DNA from: an uncultured Bacteroidales bacterium
GTDB lineage: Bacteria > Bacteroidota > Bacteroidia > Bacteroidales > FEN-979
NCBI GenBank assembly: GCA_903959905.1
Contig: CAJBYO010000029.1
Coordinates: 78,972-142,971 of the forward strand
Direction: 5' to 3'
DNA length: 64,000 bases
A program made the translations under genes and the position numbers. The notes beneath the pieces are model-generated. The model made no database searches and was not told the origin of the DNA. It worked only from the letters and a program-made list of their open reading frames with translations. Of this stretch, positions 19,689 to 28,343 are shown one piece after another; position 1 is the first letter of the stretch; the number at the start of each line of letters is the position of its first letter.

Positions 19689-21107
19689 TTATGCCTTGTC
19701 AAGAAAACGGCGCTTAATATAACTCCACCCGTTTTGCACCTGTTCCGCGGAAGTGTGGGTTTGCCCGGCCACAAACCGGATGACGAAACGGCCGTTGAGT
19801 TTTGTGTGGGATAAAAAGATCTCACCTGAATGGTTGATCTCCGCAAGGACCTTTTCATTGTAAAGAGATATGGCATCCTCTTCCTTCAGCCCTTCCGGAC
19901 GAAATCTGAAACAGACAAGGTTGAAGGGAACCGGGGCCATCAGTTCCACCCCGGATGTGCGCAGTATCTCATGTTTAAGCCACCGGCCGAACTCGATATG
20001 GGCGCTTATTTTCTTCTGTATCCCGCTGATGCCGTATGTCCTGATCACGAACCAGAGTTTCAGTGCCCTGAACCTGCGGCCCAGCGGAACACCCCAGTCG
20101 CGGTAATTGTTGACGATTTTATCCACCTCTGTCTTCAGATATTCCGGCATGATACTGAAGGTGTTCTGGAGGGCTTGTTTGTCGCGGATGAAATAGGCGG
20201 AGCAGTCAAAATTGGTGAACATCCACTTGTGCGGGTTTACGACAAATGAGTCACACCGGCCGATTCCGGGGACAAGCATGCGTATCTCCGGCAGAATGAG
20301 TGCGGTTCCGGAATAGGAGGCATCCACATGGTGCCATATTTGGTACTTCGCACAAATTTCCCCTATCTCTCCAACCGGGTCAATGGCGGTGGAACTGGTG
20401 GTGCCAAAGGTGGAAACGACCGCCAGCGGGATGAATCCTGCGGCGATGTCATTTCTGATGGATTCTTCAAGTTTGTCGGGTCGCATGGCAAAGACTTCAT
20501 CCACCTCAATTTTGATGAGGTTCTCTATGCCGATCCCTGCGATCTTTACATCTTTGTCAACCGAGGAATGAGCCTGCGTGGAGGTATACACACGGAATTT
20601 CTCTTCCGGGGAAAAACCCCTGCGGTTGATGGCAAATCCTGATCTTTTTTCCCTTGCCGTGAGCAGGGCAACCAGTGTTGCCGATGAACTGCTGTCCTGG
20701 ATCACACCGGTAAATTCTTTTGGAAGGCCAAGCATGTCGCGCAGCCATTCCATCACCCTTTCCTCCAGTTCTTCCGCGGCGGGGGAGGTGATCCATGTCA
20801 TGCATTGAGCACCCATCGTCGCGGTGAGCATTTCGGCGAGGATCGAGGGTTCGCTGTTGTTGGCCGGGAAATAGGCGAAGAAGCCCGGGTGCTGCCAGTG
20901 GGTCATCCCGGGGATGATGATATCTTTAAAATCAGCGAAGATGGAGGGAAATGCTTCCCCTTCAACAGGTGCTGAACCCGGGAGCTGCTTTTTAATGTCG
21001 CCCGGCTTTACATCAGGCGTTACAGGAAGCTTCCCGAGGTTTCCGAGGTAATCAGCCATCCAGTCAACCAGTAAGTGCGCATTTGTTCTGAATTCGTCTG
21101 AAGTCAT
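19689..21107 (-). CDS. Aromatic-L-amino-acid decarboxylase family (group II PLP decarboxylase)
   Basis: PGMTHWQHP.FFAYFP, HVDASY.G, NPHKW and LGRRFRALKLW motifs. Confidence 0.88.
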   Translation of the reverse strand: MTSDEFRTNAHLLVDWMADYLGNLGKLPVTPDVKPGDIKKQLPGSAPVEGEAFPSIFADFKDIIIPGMTHWQHPGFFAYFPANNSEPSILAEMLTATMGAQCMTWITSPAAEELEERVMEWLRDMLGLPKEFTGVIQDSSSSATLVALLTAREKRSGFAINRRGFSPEEKFRVYTSTQAHSSVDKDVKIAGIGIENLIKIEVDEVFAMRPDKLEESIRNDIAAGFIPLAVVSTFGTTSSTAIDPVGEIGEICAKYQIWHHVDASYSGTALILPEIRMLVPGIGRCDSFVVNPHKWMFTNFDCSAYFIRDKQALQNTFSIMPEYLKTEVDKIVNNYRDWGVPLGRRFRALKLWFVIRTYGISGIQKKISAHIEFGRWLKHEILRTSGVELMAPVPFNLVCFRFRPEGLKEEDAISLYNEKVLAEINHSGEIFLSHTKLNGRFVIRFVAGQTHTSAEQVQNGWSYIKRRFLDKA

Positions 21108-21209
21108 ATTCTGCAATTTTGTAAAGACAAATGTAAAGTAAAAAGGTAAACCCCTTTTCGCCTCTTCGCTACTTCACTATTTCGCTATTTTTGCATTAAA
21201 CTTCCCCCC

Positions 21210-24200
21210 GTGCCAAAACTACCTTCCATTACGATCACCAATGCCTCTGAGCACAATCTCCGCTCGGTAAGTGTTGAATTTCCCCGGAATCAATTTATTG
21301 TCGTAACCGGTGTGTCCGGCTCAGGGAAGTCGTCGCTGATCTATGATGTATTGTACCGGGAAGCAGAAAGCCGCTACCTTGGTTCTTTTTCATCTTTTGC
21401 CAGGCAATTTATGGGAAAGCTGAAAAAGCCTGATGTGGAGCGGATCGAAGGGCTCTCACCTGCTATTGCGCTGGATCAGCGGGCTCTCATCTCTAATCCG
21501 CGCTCAACGGCCGGCACCATTACCGGGATATATGATGCCCTCAGGCTGTTGTACGCCAGGGTTGGAAAGTTTGCAGCAGGGGATGAACAGAGCCCCATAA
21601 ACCGTAGTTTGTTTTCTTTCAACTCCCCGGAAGGAGCCTGTCCGGCCTGCAAAGGCCTTGGTGTTGAAGATTTCCTGGACCCGGAACTGCTGATTGCCGA
21701 CGGAAACAGGACTTTGCGCGAGGGTGCACTGGTCATCACGGCTCCCAACGGCTATATCATCTATTCGCAGGTCACCCTGGATGTGCTTGACCAGGTTTGC
21801 CGGGCAGAAGGGTTTCATATTGACATCCCGTGGAAGGATCTGACGCCCGAACAGAAACACATTGTCCTCTATGGAAGCGATAAAATTGAGATCCCGTTTG
21901 GCAAGCACCCGCTTGAATCGCGCATGAAATGGAGCGGAATCACCGCAAAGCCGCGTGAACTGGGATACTACAAAGGAATTCTACCTGTGATGGAGGCGAT
22001 CCTGCAGCGTGACCGGAATAAAAATATCCTGCGGTTCGTGCGATCAGGTAAATGCAAGGCATGTGAAGGCAGGCGGCTGAATGACAGAGCCCTATCTGTT
22101 CCCATTGGCGGGTACAACATAGCCGATCTGTCAGCACTCCAGGTGAGTGAGTTACTCCCTGTCCTGCGTTCCATCAGCTTTACCGATGCGGAACAGCAGG
22201 TTGCAATACCCCTGATCAGGCAGATTTCAAAGCTGATTGACTTCATGGTGCGGCTGGGGTTGGGGCATATTTCCACCAACCGCGAATCAACCACCCTTTC
22301 CGGCGGCGAATCACAACGCATGCGGCTTGCCACCCAGGCCGGTATCGGGTTGAGCGGGATGATCTGCATCTTTGATGAGCCTTCCATCGGGCTGCATCCG
22401 CACCAGGTCGGGCAGCTCATCGGTATCCTGAAAGAGATCCGCGACAAAGGCAATACGGTCATCGTGGTGGAACATGACGAAACCTTCCTCCACCATGCCG
22501 ACTGGCTGATCGACATTGGCCCGGGGCCCGGCGTTCACGGCGGTGAAGTGTTGTTCAACGGACCACTGAAATCGGCCATAGACCTGCCGGAAGGGGAGGT
22601 CCTCAAAAGCCGGACCCTTTCATTTCTGCACGGACTGGAACGTATACCCATCCCGGCACAGAGAAGGCCCGGAGCAGGAATGCTCACCATTGAAAAAGCA
22701 TCCGCCAACAATCTCCGTCAAATAGATGTAGGTTTCAAGCTGGAGGCACTGAATGTCGTGACAGGTGTTTCCGGGGCAGGCAAATCAACACTGACCAACC
22801 AAATCCTTGGCGCGTTTTTAAGAAACAAACTGCAAGGGACCAATGAGCCCGTGGGCAAACACGGCATCATTCGGGGGTGGGATGCCATCGGAAAGGTGAT
22901 CACCATTGACCAGTCGCCCATCGGGCGGACGCCGCGAAGCAACCCGGCAACCTATACCGGGCTATTTGATCCTATCCGTGATCTCTTTGCGAAACTGCCC
23001 GATGCCGTAATTCAAGGTTATGACAAAAGCCGATTTTCCTTCAATACAGCCGGAGGCCGTTGTGAAACCTGCGAGGGTGCCGGTTATCAGCAGGTGGGCA
23101 TGCACTTTATGGGAAATGTGGAGGTGCTTTGCGATGTTTGCGAAGGACGCCGGTTTGATGAAAAAACCCTGGAAGTCAGGTTCAGGGACAAAAATATTTC
23201 TGAGGTACTGGAAATGACGGTTTCAGAAGCGCTCGTTTTTTTTACCGGTGAGCCAAAGGTCCTCCGTTATCTTGAAACCCTTGACAGCCTTGGACTTGGA
23301 TATCTCACACTGGGACAGCGGTCATCCACCCTGAGCGGGGGAGAGGCGCAGCGCATCAAACTGGCCACAGAACTGGCGCGCCCTGCATCTGCACATACCC
23401 TGTATATCATGGACGAGCCAACCACCGGGCTGCACATGGCCGATGCCGGCATGCTGCTTGATGCGCTTGGGCGACTGATCGCGGGTGGCCATACCGTGAT
23501 CCTCACGGAACATCATCCTGCATTTATAGCTGCTGCTGATCATATCATTGACCTTGGTCCCGGCGGCGGGAGTGATGGGGGACGGTTGATTTTTTCGGGG
23601 ACACCGGAGGAGATGGTTGGGTGTGAAGGTTCGTTGACGGCATTGGCGTTGGAGGAATATCGAATATTGAATATTGATCAACGAATTTTGAAGTTTTTCC
23701 CTTCGGGAAATACGAACACTATAAAGGAGGATGTTTCTATCTCTCCTTTCAATATTCAAAATTCGTTAATCAATATTCAATATTCCCTTTTTATTTCCCT
23801 GAAAGGCCTCAGCACCCACAACCTGCAAAACATAGATGTTAAAATCCCCCACAACAAAATAACCGTGATAACGGGTGTTTCCGGCAGCGGCAAATCCTCA
23901 CTCGCATTTGATACGATCTTTGCCGAAGGCCAGAACCGTTTCCTGGAGAGTTTTTCTCCCTACGTCAGGTCGCGCATCGGCTTAAAGGAACAGGCTGATT
24001 TTGAAGAAATTACCGGACTCACGCCATCCTTTGCCGTTGACCAGTCAGCCACCGGCCACAACCCAAGGTCTACCGTCGGCACCATGACCGGCATCTACGA
24101 CCACTACCGCCTCCTCTTCTCCCGCATCGGCCGTCACGCGTCACCCGTCACGCGTCACCTGTCATGCGTCACCCGTCACGCGTCACCCGTCACGTCCAGT

Positions 24201-26186
24201 CTCTTCTCCTTCAACCACCAGCACGGCGCCTGCCCCTCCTGCGACGGCCTGGGAAACCAGACCATCTGTAATCCCGCTAAACTCATCACCCATCCCAACA
24301 AGTCATTGTTTGAGGGGGCCATGGACGGTACAAAGACCGGGAAATTCTACGGGGATCCTTATGGACAGTATGTGGCGACACTCAGGGCTGCCGGTCATCA
24401 GCATGGTTTTGACTTCAACCTGCCATGGAATGAACTCACACAGGAGGCGAGGTTGTTTGCCCTGCATGGCAGTGGTGAGCAGGTATATGATGTAACGTGG
24501 CAGTACAAACGCGACGAACGCACCGGGGAACACCATTTTTCCGGACCCTGGAAAGGGTTTGCCAGCCTGGTGATGGAAGAGTACGGCCGCAAGCATGCCG
24601 ACCAGCGAGGCGACCGGATGATGGAACTGCTTGAAACCGTTGCCTGTGATGCATGCCATGGTTCCAGGTTGAAACAGGAAGCGCTGACATACCTGGTGAT
24701 GGGTAAAAATATCGCTGAAGTTTCGTCCCTATCCGTTTCTGCTGCTTTGGATTTTTTCCATTCAGTCCAAAGCGAAGCTGCCACGGCCCTCACGATGGAA
24801 ATCATGCGAAAGCTGGAGTTTTTATCCGGGCTTGGCCTTTCATACCTGACCGTCAACCGTGTTTCATCCACGCTGTCGGGCGGTGAATCGCAGCGCATCC
24901 GGCTGGCCGGGCAACTTGGATCAGGGCTTACCGGTATCACCTATGTGCTGGATGAGCCTACGATTGGCCTCCACCCGAATGATACGGGCAAACTGATGAA
25001 GCTGATCAGGTCGCTGCAGGAGGCAGGTAATACCGTAATCATTGTTGAGCATGACCGCGAGGTGATCCTGGCGGCTGATCATGTGATCGACATCGGCCCC
25101 GGGGCGGGAAAAGAGGGAGGCCGGGTGCTCGCTTCAGGCACACCTTCCGAAATCATGGGAAATACATCGTCAATAACCGGGCCTTATCTTGCCGAAAATG
25201 CCATTTTAATACCAGGGAGAAATGCTGCTGAAACCAATGACAGGAGGGTCAACCGAACACTTTTGCCCGGACTGTCGCTGACGAATGTTCACGCCAACAA
25301 CCTGAAGGGTTTTGACCTGGAGATACCGACAGGGGGGATCATTGCCATTACCGGGGTATCAGGATGCGGGAAATCCACCCTGATGTTTGATGTGATCCTG
25401 TCGTCGTGGGATAATAAAAAGGCCACCGGCTGCGGATCAATTCAAGGGTTTGAACGGTTTCAGCGCATTGTCAGTGTTCACCAGCGTACCGGCTTTAACT
25501 CTTCCCTGGCAACACCCGCCACCTTCACTGGAATATTTGACCAGGTCAGGGAAATTTTTGCATCGCTGCCACAGGCAAGGCAATCAGGGTTCGGGAAGGA
25601 TATGTTTTCCTACCTCAATAAATCGGGGCGTTGCCCGCATTGCGAAGGCACCGGACAGATCAGGATATCCATGGACTTTCTTTCTGACGTCAGGATGAGG
25701 TGTGAACATTGCCAGGGTAATCGGTACCGGCAGGATGTACTATCATGCCTGTACCAGGAGAAAAGTATTGCCGGCGTTTTAGAGATGACAGTATCAGAGG
25801 CAAGACTGTTTTTCAGCAACAACCCGAAGCTATCCGGCCAGTTGCAGATGCTTGAGAAAACCGGACTGGGTTATCTCTGTTTAGGACAGCCGCTTGACAC
25901 CCTGTCCGGTGGCGAATCGCAGCGGCTGGTACTTGCGGCTGAACTGATGAAACCCGGCCGGGGATCAACACTCTATTTGTTTGAGGAGCCGTCAACCGGC
26001 TTGCATTTCAGGGATATTGAATTTTTGCTGACCCTGTTCCATTACCTTGCTGACCAGGGTAACACCCTGCTCATTATTGAGCATGATCCAATGATCATTG
26101 AGCATGCAGACCATGTTATTGAACTTGGCCCTGAGGGGGGTGATCGGGGAGGCTTCCTGGTGTCGTCTTCACCTGTGGGCAAATAA
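21210..26186 (+). CDS. uvrA: Tandem-fused (double) UvrA-like ABC ATPase
   Basis: Four Walker A motifs (GVSGSGKS, GVSGAGKS, GVSGSGKS, GVSGCGKS), four LSGGE signatures, CxxC zinc modules; two repeat insertions. Confidence 0.85.
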   Translation: MPKLPSITITNASEHNLRSVSVEFPRNQFIVVTGVSGSGKSSLIYDVLYREAESRYLGSFSSFARQFMGKLKKPDVERIEGLSPAIALDQRALISNPRSTAGTITGIYDALRLLYARVGKFAAGDEQSPINRSLFSFNSPEGACPACKGLGVEDFLDPELLIADGNRTLREGALVITAPNGYIIYSQVTLDVLDQVCRAEGFHIDIPWKDLTPEQKHIVLYGSDKIEIPFGKHPLESRMKWSGITAKPRELGYYKGILPVMEAILQRDRNKNILRFVRSGKCKACEGRRLNDRALSVPIGGYNIADLSALQVSELLPVLRSISFTDAEQQVAIPLIRQISKLIDFMVRLGLGHISTNRESTTLSGGESQRMRLATQAGIGLSGMICIFDEPSIGLHPHQVGQLIGILKEIRDKGNTVIVVEHDETFLHHADWLIDIGPGPGVHGGEVLFNGPLKSAIDLPEGEVLKSRTLSFLHGLERIPIPAQRRPGAGMLTIEKASANNLRQIDVGFKLEALNVVTGVSGAGKSTLTNQILGAFLRNKLQGTNEPVGKHGIIRGWDAIGKVITIDQSPIGRTPRSNPATYTGLFDPIRDLFAKLPDAVIQGYDKSRFSFNTAGGRCETCEGAGYQQVGMHFMGNVEVLCDVCEGRRFDEKTLEVRFRDKNISEVLEMTVSEALVFFTGEPKVLRYLETLDSLGLGYLTLGQRSSTLSGGEAQRIKLATELARPASAHTLYIMDEPTTGLHMADAGMLLDALGRLIAGGHTVILTEHHPAFIAAADHIIDLGPGGGSDGGRLIFSGTPEEMVGCEGSLTALALEEYRILNIDQRILKFFPSGNTNTIKEDVSISPFNIQNSLINIQYSLFISLKGLSTHNLQNIDVKIPHNKITVITGVSGSGKSSLAFDTIFAEGQNRFLESFSPYVRSRIGLKEQADFEEITGLTPSFAVDQSATGHNPRSTVGTMTGIYDHYRLLFSRIGRHASPVTRHLSCVTRHASPVTSSLFSFNHQHGACPSCDGLGNQTICNPAKLITHPNKSLFEGAMDGTKTGKFYGDPYGQYVATLRAAGHQHGFDFNLPWNELTQEARLFALHGSGEQVYDVTWQYKRDERTGEHHFSGPWKGFASLVMEEYGRKHADQRGDRMMELLETVACDACHGSRLKQEALTYLVMGKNIAEVSSLSVSAALDFFHSVQSEAATALTMEIMRKLEFLSGLGLSYLTVNRVSSTLSGGESQRIRLAGQLGSGLTGITYVLDEPTIGLHPNDTGKLMKLIRSLQEAGNTVIIVEHDREVILAADHVIDIGPGAGKEGGRVLASGTPSEIMGNTSSITGPYLAENAILIPGRNAAETNDRRVNRTLLPGLSLTNVHANNLKGFDLEIPTGGIIAITGVSGCGKSTLMFDVILSSWDNKKATGCGSIQGFERFQRIVSVHQRTGFNSSLATPATFTGIFDQVREIFASLPQARQSGFGKDMFSYLNKSGRCPHCEGTGQIRISMDFLSDVRMRCEHCQGNRYRQDVLSCLYQEKSIAGVLEMTVSEARLFFSNNPKLSGQLQMLEKTGLGYLCLGQPLDTLSGGESQRLVLAAELMKPGRGSTLYLFEEPSTGLHFRDIEFLLTLFHYLADQGNTLLIIEHDPMIIEHADHVIELGPEGGDRGGFLVSSSPVGK
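23655..23786. repeat. Hairpin element, family D (GAATATT-based), in frame in the uvrA inter-half linker
   Basis: 31-bp inverted arms 23662-23692/23755-23785 with 1 mismatch; solo arm at 29007-29044. Confidence 0.92.
24131..24193 (+). repeat. (SCGTCAC)x9 heptamer array in frame inside uvrA
   Basis: 9 x 7 = 63 nt, read as RHASPVTRHLSCVTRHASPVT; reverse complement of the intergenic GTGACGG arrays. Confidence 0.95.
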
Positions 26187-26210
26187 AAACCGCCCCGGTT
26201 TCGGGGCGGT
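26185..26210 (-). terminator. Intrinsic terminator oriented for minus-strand transcription
   Basis: ACCGCCCCG-AAAC-CGGGGCGGT followed by TTTTATTT on the minus strand. Confidence 0.85.
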
Positions 26211-26358
26211 GTCGCTTTTTGCGATTTAAATCATCCAACAATCTTCAAGATTCTGGATCAGCCTTTGGCTTGAATTACATGTTTCTTTTTAGGTGAAACA
26301 TGCCATAAATGAAACTTGAGTTTTTCTTTCTTTTGGTTTTTTACGTGTTTAAAATTAC
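26185..26358 (-). ncRNA. Candidate structured small RNA (~175 nt)
   Basis: Own promoter (CTTG-N19-TATCTTTG, 26394-26364), five small hairpins, a terminator, only tiny ATG ORFs (5-8 codons). Confidence 0.45.
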
Positions 26359-26429
26359 AAGAACAAAGATAACTCAAATAAGGCGGATGTCAAGCGATTT
26401 AACATATATTAACTTTCGTTAACATTAGG

Positions 26430-27515
26430 TTATTTTCCCTGGTAAGCGGGGAAATCGGTGTATCCCTTTTCATCAGGGGTGTAGAAGGTGTTGAAGTCCC
26501 AGTTTGTGTCAATTGGCCAGTCATTCAGCATGCGTTCCACGAGGTCGGGGTTGTTGATAAAGGGTTTCCCGAAAGCGATCAGGTCGGCAAGGCCGTTCTG
26601 CAGGTCACGTTCGGCTGTCTCCTTTGAATAACCGCCTGCAAGGATCAGGGTGTGATGGAGCTTTTCGCGGATGGTCTGCTTGATGGCAAGCGGCACTTCC
26701 GGGGCACCCATGGCACTGTGGTCAACAAGGTGAATATAAAGAACACCGAGTTTGTCAAGCTGCGTGGCCAGGTAGGCGTAGGTGTCATTGATTTCAGGGT
26801 AGGGGACCATTCCTCCGTTCACGCCATAGGGAGATAAACGAATGGCTACTTTGTCCATGCCGATCGCTTTGCCCACTGATTCAACAACCTCGAGAACAAA
26901 CCGGCAGCGGTTTTCAATGCTTCCGCCGTATTCATCGGTGCGCTGGTTGCTTGAAGGGGAGAGGAACTGCTCAAGGAGATATCCGTTTGCCCCGTGAAGT
27001 TCAACACCGTCAAATCCAGCTGTGACTGCGTTGATCGCGGATTTCATGAACTCTTTTTTCGTGTTTACAAGGTCTTCGGTGGTCATGGCACGTGGAACCG
27101 AGTGGTCCTGCATGCCTTTGGTGTCGGTGTACATCTGCCCTGAAGCTACAATGGCCGACGGGGCGAGAACCTCTGCACCCGCTGGCAGGTTATCCACGTG
27201 GGTCATCCTTCCGGTGTGCATGAACTGAACAAAGATCTTTCCACCTTTGCTGTGAACTGCGTCGGTGGTTTTCTTCCAGCCAGCTACCTGTGCTTCGCTG
27301 AAAATTCCCGGGATGCGGGCATAGCCGAGGCCGTTTGCCGGGGGTGATGTGCCTTCGGTAATGATCAGGCCGGCACTTGCCCGTTGTTCGTAATATTTGG
27401 CAATCAAGTCATTGGGTGTATTGTCGAGGGCCCGGCAGCGGGTCATCGGGGCCATCACGACCCTGTTTTTTAATTCAATATTTCCGAGGGTATATGGACT
27501 GAATAGTTTGTGCAT
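26430..27515 (-). CDS. Old Yellow Enzyme / alkene reductase (NemA-like)
   Basis: NRVVMAPMTR, ELHGANGYL, RTDEYGGS.ENR and NPDLV motifs; start reset to MHKLF. Confidence 0.92.
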   Translation of the reverse strand: MHKLFSPYTLGNIELKNRVVMAPMTRCRALDNTPNDLIAKYYEQRASAGLIITEGTSPPANGLGYARIPGIFSEAQVAGWKKTTDAVHSKGGKIFVQFMHTGRMTHVDNLPAGAEVLAPSAIVASGQMYTDTKGMQDHSVPRAMTTEDLVNTKKEFMKSAINAVTAGFDGVELHGANGYLLEQFLSPSSNQRTDEYGGSIENRCRFVLEVVESVGKAIGMDKVAIRLSPYGVNGGMVPYPEINDTYAYLATQLDKLGVLYIHLVDHSAMGAPEVPLAIKQTIREKLHHTLILAGGYSKETAERDLQNGLADLIAFGKPFINNPDLVERMLNDWPIDTNWDFNTFYTPDEKGYTDFPAYQGK

Positions 27516-27564
27516 TTTCGTATTAATTTTAGTTTTGTAATATTTTTGCAAAAGTATGGTTTTT

Positions 27565-27583
27565 ATTTAGAATTAGTATAAAT
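27565..27583. promoter_or_regulatory. Putative Fur/PerR-family palindromic operator between divergent promoters
   Basis: ATTTAGAATTAGTATAAAT, an imperfect palindrome overlapping TAAATTTG (scoA) and next to TACTTTTG (OYE, minus strand). Confidence 0.5.
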
Positions 27584-27604
27584 TTGTACGAGATTCTTTT
27601 AGCA

Positions 27605-28297
27605 ATGAACAAAGTAGTGAATAACGCCCTGGAGGCAATCAGCGGAATTGAAAGCAACATGACCATCATGCTGGGTGGCTTCGGCCTGTGCGGAATCCCT
27701 GAAAACTGTATTGCAGCCCTTGCTGCAAGTGATGTAACCGGCCTTACCTGTATTTCAAACAATGCCGGGGTTGACGGATTTGGTCTTGGCATGCTCCTGC
27801 GCCGCCATCAGATCAGGAAAATGATGTCGTCCTACGTAGGTGAGAACAAGGAATTTGAGCGGCAACTGCTCAGCGGTGAACTGGAAGTGGATCTTATCCC
27901 CCAGGGCACATTGGCTGAACGTATCCGCGCAGGCGGGGCAGGGATTCCTGCATTTTTTGTGCCGGCTGGGTATGGTACGGAGGTGGCCGACGGAAAGCCC
28001 GTAAGGGAGTTTGACGGCAAGATGTACCTGGAAGAGCACTGGCTCAGGGCTGATTTTTCCATTGTGAAGGCCTGGAAAGGTGATACGCATGGCAACCTCA
28101 TCTACCGGAATACCGCCAATAATTTCAACCAGGTGATGGCTACAGCCGGCCGGATCACCATTGCAGAGGTAGAAGAACTTGTCCCCGCCGGAACACTTGA
28201 CCCGAACCAGGTCCACACGCCTGGCGTGTTTGTGCAGCGGATATTCCAGGGAACCGGATATGAGAAGCGGATTGAGTTTGTAACTGTCCGAGGGTAA
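27605..28297 (+). CDS. scoA: 3-oxoacid CoA-transferase subunit A
   Basis: GGFGLCGIPE, ISNNAG, SSYVGEN and PQGTLAER motifs. Confidence 0.92.
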   Translation: MNKVVNNALEAISGIESNMTIMLGGFGLCGIPENCIAALAASDVTGLTCISNNAGVDGFGLGMLLRRHQIRKMMSSYVGENKEFERQLLSGELEVDLIPQGTLAERIRAGGAGIPAFFVPAGYGTEVADGKPVREFDGKMYLEEHWLRADFSIVKAWKGDTHGNLIYRNTANNFNQVMATAGRITIAEVEELVPAGTLDPNQVHTPGVFVQRIFQGTGYEKRIEFVTVRG

Positions 28298-28335
28298 CTT
28301 GTAATTTGTAACTTGTAATTTGTAACTTGTAATTG
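28294..28335 (+). repeat. (GTAAYTT)x6 heptamer array
   Basis: gtaactt gtaattt gtaactt gtaattt gtaactt gtaattg. Confidence 0.9.
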
Positions 28336-28343
28336 GTTTAACT

